Assembly (NCBI GenBank): GCA_965237955.1
Contig: OZ250169.1
Coordinates: forward strand, 3,008,001 to 3,072,000
Direction: 5' to 3'
Length of the DNA stretch: 64,000 nucleotides
Source of the DNA: Candidatus Marinacidobacterales bacterium
GTDB taxonomy: Bacteria > Acidobacteriota > Vicinamibacteria > Marinacidobacterales > SMYC01
The position numbers and the translations under genes are program-made. Below, one piece after another: positions 10,077 through 21,390 of the stretch. The notes under the pieces are model-generated. The model saw only the letters and a list, made by a program, of their open reading frames with translations. It was not told where the DNA came from and made no database searches. Position 1 is the first letter of the stretch; each line of letters begins with the position of its first letter.

Positions 10077-10842
10077 TCGGCATGACGTCTCCGTTCGAGT
10101 CATGCCGCCCACGTTACTGCGTCCCAAGCGAGGAACGCGCGACCTCGAAGCTGTCGGTGATGACGCGCTTGCAACAGGTGTCGTCCGACGCGGAAGAGGT
10201 TTTGGACAAGTCCATGAACGGACAAGAATCGCTGGGCTTGACCCGGAGATTTGAACCGTCGCATTTGCCGTTCACGTTGCCGCGTCGGCTCGTGCGAGAC
10301 CTCGGCTCTATTGTTTTGGTACTGGTCGGTGCAGTGGACGACGGATGGCATGACCTCGCGGTGAGCGGCGCTGTAGCTTCTCAGCTTGTCGGTGACGAGC
10401 CGCCAGGGTGGCCGGCCCTGCCCCTTCAGCAGCTTACAAAAGAAGCGTTTAGCGGCTCGCCGATCGCGTCGAGGCTGGACGAGGATATCGATGACGTCGC
10501 CATCTTGGTCCACCGCACGCCAGAGATACTGCCGTTTGACCCTGGATGGTTACAAACACCTCGTCCAGGTGCCACGTATCGCCGAGGCGACCTTGCCGTC
10601 GCTTCAGCCCGCGAGCGTATTCTGGACCGAACTTGATGCACCAAAGTCGGATCGCTTCATACGAGACGGTGATCCCGCGCTGGGCAAGGAGGTCCTCTAC
10701 ATCTCGAAAGCTCAAACAAAAGCGATGGTAGAGCCAAACGGCGTGGCTGATGATCTCCGGTGGAAATCGATATCCGCGGTAGCTCGGCGACTTGCTGTTC
10801 ATTGGCTCATTCTGTCAGTTAGAGGCCCAACTTGACAGTACC
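10077..10842 (-). mobile_element. IS6-family element, frameshifted, right end lost
   Basis: YRFPPEII, WHLDEVF, VTDKLRSY and NNRAEVSH motifs. Left IR is GGTACTGTCAAGTTG. Confidence 0.88.
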
Positions 10843-11069
10843 TACCGGTCTTGTCGGCCTTCCAGTTCGCGATTGCCTCCTCGTCAAACCAGACTGTCAA
10901 ATCGCCCCGGCGGCGCAGCCCTTCGTTGTATTCCGCCCAGTTGCGAACGTGGTACTTCTTCTGCTTCGCGTGCTTGTACTGGCAGCGCTTGGTATACTTC
11001 ATGCTCGAACATACCTCGGCCACCACCATAGGCGGATTTCGCTCTCAGCCAGAGCGGTGCAACAACGCC
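10843..11069 (-). mobile_element. IS5-family type 2, 5' fragment
   Basis: GGCGTTGTTGCA end, near-identical to the start of 22169-23253. Confidence 0.85.
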
Positions 11070-11082
11070 GCCCGAAGCGGAG

Positions 11083-11370
11083 ATGATGGACATGATGTGG
11101 ATGATGATGGTGAGCGGGGCAGTCACGATGTTTGCGTTCTGCTACATCTTCACGATAGGTTATCAAGGCAAGGGCATCATGGAAGGCGTGCGCTTCGGTA
11201 CGATTGTCGCGTTTTTGATGGCGGGGCCAATGGCGGTCGATCCTTACGTCATCTATCCGGTCCCGGCCGACGTGGCAACAATTTGGCTCATCAGCGGCTT
11301 GGTTTCGTTTATCGTCGCCGGCGCGCTATTTGCGGCGATTTACAAGCCTGAGACCGCGAGTCAGCAATAA
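11083..11370 (+). CDS. Small membrane protein, probably 5'-truncated
   Basis: Three hydrophobic segments. It begins directly after an IS end. Confidence 0.55.
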   Translation: MMDMMWMMMVSGAVTMFAFCYIFTIGYQGKGIMEGVRFGTIVAFLMAGPMAVDPYVIYPVPADVATIWLISGLVSFIVAGALFAAIYKPETASQQ

Positions 11371-11461
11371 GGGATTATCGGGTAGGCTTTGACCGAACCG
11401 AAAAGGCAGTCCGGTCACGGGCGCCCGCACACTTGACTCCTCAAACGAAAGGCGGCGGCAA

Positions 11462-12370
11462 ATGAACTCCCATACCTTCCTTACAATCTTCGGAGCGCTG
11501 GCGCTCAGCCTCGTCGCCTGTGCCCCGGCCGACGAAGCAACGCCACCTGCGGAACGTGCGGGCGCAAGCGGGCCGGAAAGCAGGCTTGGAGAAGGCCTCC
11601 TGTTTCACGCGTCCTTCGATCACGGTCCAGACGCGGACTTTGCTCGCGGTGACGACGTCCTCTACACGGCGCCGTCTTACGATGAGCTCGATCGGGCGAG
11701 ACCGGGCATCGGCAATCCGGACGTTACGATCGCGGCCGGTGCGGGTCGTTTCGGCGATGCGCTTCAGTTCGCCAGAAAGAACGTCCACGCTATCTTCTAT
11801 CGCGCCCCGGGAAATACGGCTTACACGACGTCCGAATGGTCCGGAACCATCTCGTTTTGGCTGAGCCTCGATCCCGCGGTCGATCTGGAGCCAGGCTTCT
11901 GCGATCCCATTCAGCTCACCGACTCGGCCTATAACGACGCCGCGATCTGGGTCGACTTCATCGGCGAGAACGCCCGCCAGTTTCGGCTCGGGATCTTCGG
12001 TGACTTGAGCGAGTGGAATCCGGACGAACTCTCTCCCAACGACAATCCGTTTTTCACGGATCGTCTGATCGCGGTCGACGAACCGCCGTTCGAGAGCGGC
12101 CAGTGGACCCACGTAGCCATCACCTTTTCGGGAATCAATACGGCGTCGGGCGGAACGGCAAACCTCTATCTGAACGGCTCTGCCCGGCCCAAGACCATGG
12201 AGGGGCTGAACGAGTCCTTCACTTGGGACGCGTCTCGCGGCGAGGTCCGCCTGGGCATCAACTACGTGGGGCTCTTCGACGAGCTCTCCGTCTTCGGCCG
12301 CTCCTTGAGCGCGGACGAGGTTGGTGAGCTCTATCGGCTGGAGGCGGGCGTTGCTTCACTCCACCCGTAG
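11462..12370 (+). CDS. LamG/concanavalin-like jelly-roll lipoprotein
   Basis: Lipobox LVAC, plus GTISFW, QWTHVAITF, LYLNG and FDELSVFGRSLS. Confidence 0.8.
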   Translation: MNSHTFLTIFGALALSLVACAPADEATPPAERAGASGPESRLGEGLLFHASFDHGPDADFARGDDVLYTAPSYDELDRARPGIGNPDVTIAAGAGRFGDALQFARKNVHAIFYRAPGNTAYTTSEWSGTISFWLSLDPAVDLEPGFCDPIQLTDSAYNDAAIWVDFIGENARQFRLGIFGDLSEWNPDELSPNDNPFFTDRLIAVDEPPFESGQWTHVAITFSGINTASGGTANLYLNGSARPKTMEGLNESFTWDASRGEVRLGINYVGLFDELSVFGRSLSADEVGELYRLEAGVASLHP

Positions 12371-12691
12371 CTCAGTCGGCCGCAATCAAAGTAGTCTACA
12401 ACGCAGGCTTGCGTTCAATCTTGAAGGTGAAAGCATGCTCGCAAGGTTTTTTTTGTCCGGCGTTTTGATCGTAAGGCCGTCTTCAGTCATCGTCCATTCC
12501 AGTTCTTCATCAACACCAAGCATCTTTATGGATTCGATCTCTGATTCATGTAGTCTAAATGCTTCGCCAGGCTTTGCCTTCCATAAACTCGATCCGTGAC
12601 TCTTGGGCTGTCGATCTCGTCACGAGCGAAGGGATCCGGAATGCGTCCGTTGGCACTACGGCTATCGCGCATCGAGGAGGCAGCTCAATAG

Positions 12692-13778
12692 TGCCTTGGT
12701 GCACAACTCGCGATCTCGGTCCACAATTGTCCTGTACTCGCGGATTCGAGGTTTCCCATGAGCATTTTCAAACGCACTCAGCGGAAGTATGTGAAGAAGG
12801 CCTATCGCGTGAGGAATTGGCGTGAATATGAGGCGGGTCTACGCAACCGTGGGAGCCTGACCGTCTGGATCTCGCTCACCGCCGGCAAGCTTGTGAACTG
12901 GGACGCGCCCCGGCCGAGGAGGAGGAAACCGGGCCGTCAACGCAAGTACTCGAACCACGCCATCGAGACGGCTGTCACCCTGGGCATGGTGTTTCATCTG
13001 TCATCTAGGCAGAGCGAGGGATTGCTGCGATCGTTGTTCGCTCTGATGAAGCTAGACAATGATGTGCCCGATCACACCACGATTTCGAGGCACAAGGCGA
13101 AGCTGGGTAAGGTCCCCTTCTACCAAGACAAGCAGAAGACGCCGTTGCACATCTTGATCGACAGCAGCGGTCTCGCTGCCCACGCCGGCCAGCTGCGCAG
13201 AGCACCAAAGAGCAGGGACTATCGCAAGCTCCATCTGTGTGTCGACGAGCAGAGTGGCGAAGTCGTCGCCGGCGAGCTGACGAGCAAAAGAGCCCGCGAT
13301 TCATCGCGGGTTGCATCGCTTGTCGGACAGATCGACAGTCCCATCTCATCGGCCAGAGCTGACACCGCATACGACGCCAGCGGCGTCTATGAGGCGATCG
13401 AGAATCACAGCGCTCATCGCTCGCCGAGGGTGCTGATACCGCCGCGCAAGGGCGCCCAGCTCGCATAGGGGCCGGCGAGCAGCCGACAGCGCAATCGCAA
13501 CATTGCAGCACAAGCTCGGCTCGGCAAACGAAAGTGGCACACAGAATCGGGCTACAGCAAACGGAGCAAAGTCGAGACAACGTTCCATCGCTACAAGGCT
13601 ATCGTGGGCTCAGCGATGCGAGCGAGAGGGTTGGCGGCACAGAGAGTCGAGGCAAGGATCGGGTGCAAGATTCTCAACACCATGACGGCGCTCGGGATGC
13701 CTGATAGCGAGATGATCGGATGATGGGAGTCGGGGCCAAGCGAGCTCTCGGCCTCTATCGGAGTTGTGCACCAAGGCA
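12692..13778 (+). mobile_element. IS5-family type 1, copy 2, premature stop at 13466-13468
   Basis: Near-identical to 8977-10076, with TCG changed to TAG. Confidence 0.88.
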
Positions 13779-14636
13779 GTACCCCGGCCACTTCTCGAGC
13801 GCTTTCGTCAGCCCCTTGTGGCCATCGCTAATCACTAGCTTGGGAGCCCGGAGTCCTTGAGCCTGGAGTCCCTCCAGCATGGAGCCCCAATGCGTCGAGG
13901 CTTCGCTCACCGCCAGACGCAATGACAACAGACGTTTCTGCCCGTCTGGCGTGACCCCGAGCGCGGCCAGTACGGGTACGCTGATCACACGCTTCGCCAT
14001 CCGCACTTTCAGGTGGAAGCCGTCCAGGTAAACGATCGCGTAGACCTCCTCGCTGAGAGCACGGTTCTGCCATTCCTCGAAGCGCTCCTTCAGCCGACTA
14101 ACCACGCGAGACACCGCGCTCTTCGATAGGTGCTCCTCACCGAGCAGTGGTTTCAGCGCTTTGCGGATCCGGCGGCTATTCGCGCCCGACAAGTACGTCC
14201 CCAAGATCGCCTCGTCGACCTCACGAGTCCGGCGCGCGTACCGGGGCAACAGCTCGCTCCTGAACTCTGTCGTTTCTCCCGTTTCCTCGTCTCGCACGCG
14301 GGCTCGTGGCACTCGGAGCTCGCGAGTTCCCACCGATGTCGTCACGCGACGGGTTTCGGCTCCGTTGCGATACCCACGGCGGTCTTCCGCACGCTCGTAG
14401 CTACGACACCCCAGCGCTTGGTCGACTTCTTCCTCGAGCACGACCTCGATCGCCTCCAGTACCCGCTTACGCAGCCGAAGTTGGACGAACTCCCGGTACT
14501 CGCTTACAGACTCCTTCGATATGGTGGTAGGCTTCTTCATGGCGTAATCCTCCTCCTCGCCTTTACAGGCGTGGTTTGGTTTTTCTTAACCGGAGGTTAC
14601 GCCATTCTTATTTCCACGGGAATCGGGACAGATCCC
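13779..14636 (-). mobile_element. IS256-family element, 5' half (ORF starts at 14540)
   Basis: GYRNG, LSKSAVSR, VYLDG and VISDGHKGL motifs, with a GGGATCTGTCCCGA end. A matching C-terminus lies at ~40111-40393. Confidence 0.88.
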
Positions 14637-15820
14637 GACCGGGCCAAGGGCCGTGGGCTTTACAATCGTCTTGGGCGGGCGGGTCGTCACCATGCAGATG
14701 ACCACCTAGTCGAGAGCGAATATCGAAGCGTGTTCCTGAAGCGGTTTCCACGCTACGCCGGTCGAGCCCGCCGAGGGGCTACCGTCGCCGGCGACAATCT
14801 ACGCGGCACGGCAGTAGTAGTTGAGAATGCCCCCAAGTCGCTCTCGCGACACGATGGGGCCAGCGTCATTCGCGCTTGCCGGCAGAGGTGTGAGGAGCTC
14901 GTTGCCGAGACCTTGGTGGTTCCGTTCTGTGTGATAGTGCACTACGTATTCGGTTACCGCTGTGCGCAGGTGTCGCTCACTGAGAGGTACGAAGCGGTCG
15001 AGACACTCTCGACGTATGGAGAGAACGAATCTTTCCGCATATGCGTTCAGATTCGGACTATTAGCGGGAAGGCGAAGGGGCTTCACGCCTGAATCTCTCA
15101 ACAGCCCACGTACCGCCTCGGTGAATAGCGGGTCCCGGTCGTGGATGAGGTATCGCTTGCCAAGGAGGAAACCATCCCACATGTCAGTGAGGTTTCTTGC
15201 CACCTGCTTCATCCACTCCCCGTTGGGGTCCGACGTTATCCCACCGATGCACACGCAGCGAGTGGCGATATCGATGACAAACAGGACATGGTAGCGGACG
15301 AGGCCGAACGGGTTCACAACCTCGACGGTGAACAGGTCTGTCGCAGCGATGGCGCCCCAATGAGCCTTGATGAAGGTGCTCCACGACATGCTCCTGCCCC
15401 GCTCCGGCGCAGGAGCGATACCGTGCTCGGCGAGGAGCCTCTTGATAGTGTTGCGTCCGAGTTCATGTCCTAGGTTCTTGAGTGCGCCTCGCAGGCGCGT
15501 ATATCCCCACGTCGGGTTCTCCCGCGCCACGCGCACAATGAGCTCACGGATGTCCTTCGCCGTCGGAGGTCGGCCTGGACTCCGGTTCTTGCTGCCATCG
15601 TACTTGGCTGCGATGAGGTGGCGGTACCAGCGCAGAAGCGTAGCGGGTGTGGCAACGGACGCAATCTGGGCCAGCGCCTCGCGGCCCAAAGCCTGGGCCT
15701 TGACGGCGAGCCTGCGCCGGTCGTCGTCAGAGAGCCTGAGACGCTTGCCCCGAAGCCCGGCTCGGAGCACACGGTTCTCCTCTTGCAGGTAGTCGATCAC
15801 ATCCTGCTGCTGGCGGTTGA
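14637..15820 (-). mobile_element. Element A copy (rve integrase-core transposase), both ends truncated
   Basis: Near-identical to 60981-62051. Motifs ATDLFTV, LIHDRD and NAYAERF. Confidence 0.88.
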
Positions 15821-16143
15821 CCCCGTCCTGTGCCAAAACTCGGCCCTTTTGAAAGACCATGGCTGTAATTTAATGCACTGTAAAGTCTTAGTGTCATTTT
15901 GCCAACACTTAATGGCGGAAGCACCCATGAGGTCTGTGTGAGCGGCAGGGCTGCCCGATCGAACAACGGCTGCCTGACCAACAGTAGGAATTGCACATGG
16001 TACGTCATGATGGATCCGAAGATAACACCCTCGGGCCAGACGATTGTAAAGGCCACGGCCCTTGGTACCATCGCAAAACACAGACGCTAAGCTGCTGATT
16101 TATCGGCTATTTCAAGAGGGCCGAGTTTTGGCACAGGACGGGG
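15821..16143. mobile_element. MITE with A-type ends and an internal B-type IR
   Basis: Inverted A ends. A second copy lies at 57178-57498. Confidence 0.8.
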
Positions 16144-16150
16144 TCAGGCG

Positions 16151-16843
16151 TTAGCTTTGGAGGCGGTGGATGCGCTCCAAGTAGGTCGTCGAAACCTGAT
16201 CTTCGTCGAGCCCGAGACAACGGGCAAATTGCCTGGTGAAATTGCGCAAATAGACCGCGGCCGGGAGGCGATCGAGTCTCTCGTTCTCGATATATTCGAG
16301 CATGGAGCAGCCGATTTTCGTTTCTTTAGAGATGGTTGCCAACTCGAGTCCCATCGCCTGTCGCGCCGCCTTAAGAAACGCTCCAGTCGCTTCTGCGGAC
16401 GTCTCGAGTTGTAGCGGGCACTCGCGCACGGAACTCTCCGAGCCCGCCGCTTTCTCGGGCGTCTCGACATCGTCGGCGGAGACGTGCTCCCGCTCAGCGT
16501 GGGCCTCGGACGGAGCGACGTCGCCATTCGTGGACGTCGCCTCGACGTTGTCGGCGGTGGCGAACCTCGACCCTTGCTCCCGGCGCACGACCGGTTCCGG
16601 AACCCCGAGCCTCTTATCGTAGAGACGGCGGCTTTCTTCAGCAATGAGCATCTGATACGCCTCCGAGATCCGGTGGAACGTGCGACGGCGCTCGCGGTCC
16701 GACAGAATCAAGCTGGAAACGAGCGCTTCGTGAGAGTAGATGTCGCGGGCCGTCTCGAAGGCCGACTGGATCTCTTCGGAGCTCGCGTCGTACGAAACCT
16801 CGAGAACTTGATAATGGTCTTGCTCGCTGAGCCGTCTTAGCAT
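16151..16843 (-). CDS. J-domain-like plus RodZ-type HTH protein
   Basis: DHYQVLEV...ISEAYQML...RRLYD, then GAFLKAARQ...YIENE...YLRNF...LGLD. Translationally coupled (TGATG) to the upstream ATPase. Confidence 0.75.
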   Translation of the reverse strand: MLRRLSEQDHYQVLEVSYDASSEEIQSAFETARDIYSHEALVSSLILSDRERRRTFHRISEAYQMLIAEESRRLYDKRLGVPEPVVRREQGSRFATADNVEATSTNGDVAPSEAHAEREHVSADDVETPEKAAGSESSVRECPLQLETSAEATGAFLKAARQAMGLELATISKETKIGCSMLEYIENERLDRLPAAVYLRNFTRQFARCLGLDEDQVSTTYLERIHRLQS

Positions 16844-17937
16844 CAACTTCGTCTCTCCGTGCGCGCTAAAGTGGGTGGCCCGAACATCAAAGCCTGTGCC
16901 ACACGCTCGAGGGAGCTTCCTGCTGCGGATTCGGGAAAGTCGAGCATGAAAGGTCTGCGTTTGCGGGTCGCCTTCCAAACGCTCTCGTCGAAGCGCACCG
17001 AGCCGATGGCGTCGATAGCGATTCCGAGATGGCGACGGCAGACGCTGGCCATCGACGCGCCGAGACCCTCGTCCTCGGGGTAGCGGACCTGATTGATCAG
17101 AAGCCGCGGCCGAAACGAGAAGGCTTGCTCCTTGAGATAGCGTCCGGTAGCACTGTCGCGACGCTCCACAGCGTCGAGAAGATCGATGGGCGTGCGGATG
17201 CCGTCGCGATTCTTTTGGTCCATCGCTTGCTCAACTACTTTGCGCACCGGGCTCGACTTCAAAGCGCGCCACAGATGACGGTAAAAACTCATTTTCAGGA
17301 AGCGGTAGGCGTTCTCGATCGAGCTCGGCTCGGGGATCGCGACGAGGAGCCCTTGCTCCGCAATGAGAAAGAAGTCGACGATGTTGAACGAGATCCCAGC
17401 ACCGATGTCGAGCAAGACGAAATCGGCGTCCACGGCAGCGATACAGGACAAGAGTCGGGTTTTCTGACCATATTTCAGATTCGACGCGGCGAGATGGTCG
17501 TGTGCGCCGCTGATGAGTCCGAGGTTCTTGACGCCAGTCTCGAGAATCACGTCGTCAATCGACTCGACGCGCCGACTGATGAAATCGCTCAGCGTGAGCG
17601 ACGGTGTGGACAAGCCCAAGCAAGTATGGAGATTCGCTCCGCCGAGGTCGGCATCGATAACCACCACTTTCTTGCCGTGCCGTGCAAGGGAGATCCCGAC
17701 GCTGCTCGTAATGATGCTCTTGCCAACGCCGCCTTTGCCGCCGCCAACCGCAATGATACGGCCTTTGCTAGGCTGCGCCTTCTTGCGCGCTGTCGCCGCA
17801 ACGACCGGATGCACCACTGGCGCAGGAGAGGATTCGGCAAAGGGCGCGACCGCGCTAGCGGCTTTGAGCTCTGGGTGCGCGCCCCACGAGCCAGTTGGGT
17901 CTGAAGCCGAGAGAGACTGTTTCGGATCCGAGTCCAC
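16843..17937 (-). CDS. MinD/FlhG/ParA-family ATPase
   Basis: GGKGGVGKS deviant Walker A, IDADLGGANL and LLDIGAG. Confidence 0.9.
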   Translation of the reverse strand: MDSDPKQSLSASDPTGSWGAHPELKAASAVAPFAESSPAPVVHPVVAATARKKAQPSKGRIIAVGGGKGGVGKSIITSSVGISLARHGKKVVVIDADLGGANLHTCLGLSTPSLTLSDFISRRVESIDDVILETGVKNLGLISGAHDHLAASNLKYGQKTRLLSCIAAVDADFVLLDIGAGISFNIVDFFLIAEQGLLVAIPEPSSIENAYRFLKMSFYRHLWRALKSSPVRKVVEQAMDQKNRDGIRTPIDLLDAVERRDSATGRYLKEQAFSFRPRLLINQVRYPEDEGLGASMASVCRRHLGIAIDAIGSVRFDESVWKATRKRRPFMLDFPESAAGSSLERVAQALMFGPPTLARTERRS

Positions 17938-18049
17938 GGTACGTCCCCCTTTTTAATAAGTTGAACGATCTAAGGATACCGGCAGGACTACCAAACAAGA
18001 ATCTAAGACAGAAATTAAGGGTCCACAAGAATAAGTCGTTAGTAATAAG

Positions 18050-18721
18050 GGGTCTACGCGAATTCGTGTGGGTAAGTCCTGACGGAAAACAGTGTAACTC
18101 ATTGTGTGGAAAAGGTATCGAGTACTTCATCAGGTGCTGAAAAGTGGTCCATTTTTAAGATAGGCTAACCGAGTGAAAAATTCCCAGTCGATCCGCTCGC
18201 TGTTTGCGCTGCCAGGTTTCTTGGCTGGTGCCGGATTGAAGGGTGTATTCGATGACCGATACGCCCGCATCATCCAGCTCAAGAGGCGAAAAAAACAGCT
18301 GTGTGCTCTTACTGTGGGCAACGGTGCCGGGGGCGCTATGACAAGCAAGTGTGCCGGGTCCGCGACCTGTCGTTGGCAGGCTGGCGGATCTATCTGGAAT
18401 ACGAGCGTTGGCGCGTCAACTGTCCTGGGTGCGGCGGTTTGCAGGTAGAACACCTGGACTGGCTGGCGAACAACTCGCGCTACACCCAGCGTTTTGCGAC
18501 GCATGTGGGCAAGCTGTGCCGGGATATGCCGGACAAGGCGGCGGCCGAGATGGAACGTCTGCGCCTCCTAGTTGAAGGGGTCAACAACAAAATCCGTGTG
18601 CTGCAACGACGCGCCTACGGCTATCGCGACGAGGAATATCTCAAGCTGAAGATCGTGGCGGCATTCCTTCCGCCATTACCCAGAAATGCCGTCTTCAACC
18701 CACACGAATCCGCGTAGACCC
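18050..18721 (+). mobile_element. ISL3-family element, internally deleted, with intact 8-bp TSD
   Basis: 23-bp IRs GGGTCTACGCG(A/G)ATTCGTGTGGG and TSD GTAATAAG on both sides. A zinc-finger N-terminus is joined to the EGVNNKIR...AYGYRD tail. Confidence 0.9.
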
Positions 18722-19298
18722 GTAATAAGGATAGTAGCGAACGCGCCCGAACCGTGTCAAGTGGTCTAGCATTCGGCGTTCAAGTTCACGCTCCGAATCC
18801 TACGGTGCTGAACTTTCGCTCGGACCGATTCGGCACGGCGCAAAGTGCTGGTTGCTGAATGCTTACGACTGAACGCTGATCTACTGTACGCGCATCGGCG
18901 AGCCCAGCGACACGATAGCAGGGATTGGGACCCCGTCCTGTGCCAAAACTCGGCCCTCTTGAAATAGACCACAAATCAGCAGCTTAGACGCCCTTGGAAT
19001 CCGCCAACCCTTAGGCTGCGTGGCGAGCTACGGGCAGTGAACTTCGCACCCGGAAGTCCCTCATTAGACGGTGCTTCCGCAATCAAGTGTTGGTGGCTGC
19101 CGCGTAACTCGCTCGTGTGCTAGAGTTTGAGCCTGATTTCGAGAGACGCAGTTCTTTCGGCGATGCGGGCTGGGCTGACCACACGGTGCCTGACGTTCAG
19201 GGACACCTTCGTGCGCACGCCGACATCCTTAAATTAATGGCGTTCGCCGACACAGGCAGGCCAGCTGACACTAGCATTCAAACACGGGGCGTAGCAAC

Positions 19299-19774
19299 AT
19301 ATCTGGACTCCTCTAGTCAAGCCCCTTTCTTAATAAATCTTCCATCGAAGCTGCGCATCCATCGCGTCGTGACGAGTGGGTCAGACTGCAAACGTATCTT
19401 CGGCCTCAGTGAGGAGCGTCTTGGGTGCTCCGGGCCATGATGGAAAATCCGCGCGCGAGGAGCCAATCACTTTGAACGACCTCTCTTAGGGCTAGTGTTG
19501 CTATCGGCTTGACCCCGCGCCGGTCCGACCGGTACGCCATCAGTTGGATGGGTATCGTCGCAGCCTCTTTTGGAAGGGAAAAAGGAAAACACGAAAGTGG
19601 AGCCTCTAAGTCTAAGCGGCCATCGGCGACTGGAATTCACTCTCGCGGGTGGAGACGGCCCAGACGATCCGGGCGAGTTTGTTGGCGACAGCAATCACGG
19701 CCTTGTTGTGTCCCCGCGAGCGGTGGACCTTCCGAGCCCAGGCGCGGAGCTTGTCGGGCGGGCTCTTACTGACG
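19299..19774 (-). repeat. Extra IS1111 right-end unit (bridge RNA plus transposase 3' tip)
   Basis: Starts ATATCTGGACTCC and breaks at TTACTGACG, where TATCTGGACTCC restarts. Confidence 0.9.
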
Positions 19775-21197
19775 TATCTGGACTCCTCTAGTCAAGCCCC
19801 TTTCTTAATAAATCTTCCATCGAAGCTGCGCATCCATCGCGTCGTGACGAGTGGGTCAGACTGCAAACGTATCTTCGGCCTCAGTGAGGAGCGTCTTGGG
19901 TGCTCCGGGCCATGATGGAAAATCCGCGCGCGAGGAGCCAATCACTTTGAACGACCTCTTAGGGCCAGTGTTGCTATCGGCTTGACCCCGCGCCGGTCCG
20001 ACCGGTACGCCATCAGTTGGATGGGTATCGTCGCAGCCTCTTTTGGAAGGGAAAAAGGAAAACACGAAAGTGGAGCCTCTAAGTCTAAGCGGCCATCGGC
20101 GACTGGAATTCACTCTCGCGGGTGGAGACGGCCCAGACGATCCGGGCGAGTTTGTTGGCGACAGCAATCACGGCCTTGTTGTGTCCCCGCGAGCGGTGGA
20201 CCTTCCGAGCCCAGGCGCGGAGCTTGTCGGGCGGGCTCTTACTGACGTTCGCCGCGCGGAGCACGGCGCGCCCGCCCTGGGTGAGGAGCATACGGAGGTA
20301 GGAGTCGCCACGCTTGGTGATGCGTCCGAGGCGGCGAATGTCGCCACTGGAGTTTTCCTTGGGAACTAGGCCGAGGTAGCTCGAGAAGCGGCGCCCCGAT
20401 GGGAAGCGGCGAAGATCGCCGACGAAGCCCACGATGGCGGTCGCGGTCAGAAGTCCGATGCCGGGAATGGCGAGAAGTCGTTGGACTTCAGGAAGCTGCT
20501 TGGTGAGCGCCTTGAGCTCGTGCTCGATGCCAGCGCACTTGTCCTTGAGTTCTCGAATCTCGGAGCAGGCATCACGGAGATGCGAACGGAGCACGTCGGG
20601 CAAATCAGAATCAGCGTCTTCGACGAGTTCGAAGAGGGCGGGCACGACGAAGTGAGCGCCCTTTGGGATGATGAATCCGAGTTCGCGCAGGATCCCGCGT
20701 ACGGCATTGATGCGTGCGGTCCGTGTGGAGAGCCATCCTGAGCGCAGGCGATGGAGCGCGGCGAGGCTGTGCTGGTGCACGGACTTAATGGGCACGGGAA
20801 GAATCTCCTCGTTCCTGTAGGCCTCGAGCAACGCTTTGGCGTCGGCGCGGTCGTTCTTGCTCCCGCGTCGATAGGGCCTCACGAGGTGAGGTGGGAGCAG
20901 GACGACGTCGTGTCCCAACCTTCGGAACGTCCTTGCCCAGAAGTGAGCAGAGCCGCAGGCTTCGAGAAGCACGGTGGCAGCGCTCTGTTTGGCAAAAAAC
21001 GACACCAACTTGGGTCGACTCACACGGAGTTGCTTGGACACCTTCCCCGCTTCTCCCGAGATGGCAATCTCGAAGACGTTCTTTGCAAGATCCACAGCGA
21101 TCGTCGTATCTTTCATTCGGACTCCTCCTTTTCGATGCGTATTCGACTGACTTTGGCACATCGATGCCGTCTATGTCAGCGGAGGAGTCCATTCCAT
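19775..21197 (-). mobile_element. IS1111 copy 2
   Basis: Near-identical to 2501-3926. Confidence 0.93.
20085..21116 (-). CDS. IS110-family recombinase
   Basis: Protein is identical to 2814-3845. Confidence 0.95.
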   Translation of the reverse strand: MKDTTIAVDLAKNVFEIAISGEAGKVSKQLRVSRPKLVSFFAKQSAATVLLEACGSAHFWARTFRRLGHDVVLLPPHLVRPYRRGSKNDRADAKALLEAYRNEEILPVPIKSVHQHSLAALHRLRSGWLSTRTARINAVRGILRELGFIIPKGAHFVVPALFELVEDADSDLPDVLRSHLRDACSEIRELKDKCAGIEHELKALTKQLPEVQRLLAIPGIGLLTATAIVGFVGDLRRFPSGRRFSSYLGLVPKENSSGDIRRLGRITKRGDSYLRMLLTQGGRAVLRAANVSKSPPDKLRAWARKVHRSRGHNKAVIAVANKLARIVWAVSTRESEFQSPMAA

Positions 21198-21390
21198 CAC
21201 TTGATGGCGGAAGCACCTCCCGGACTCGACGACGACCTCCTCGGCCATGGTACAGTATCGACGCTGGCGCCGCCTGGTGATCCCAGGCTGGACACATGGT
21301 TGGCGCTTTACGCTCGGACATTGTTCGCGGACGAGATCGCAGAGTGTGTGGCTTTCTGGACAGCATGCGAGACCTGCAACAGACTCTCTG

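Larger units (their letters stand above)
19070..21217. mobile_element. MITE B (complete IRs) carrying a duplicated IS1111 right end plus IS1111 copy 2
   Basis: GGTGCTTCCGCAATCAAGTG ... CACTTGATGGCGGAAGCACC. Confidence 0.85.

Noticed and set aside
14130-15092. 320-aa plus-strand ORF and similar shadow ORFs over transposases
   Set aside because: These are antisense to well-supported genes and cross element boundaries, as expected in GC-rich DNA.
16151-17937. MinD-like ATPase plus J/HTH pair as a new system
   Set aside because: It looks like an ordinary chromosomal gene pair stranded between IS elements, with nothing linking it to the defence or mobile genes.
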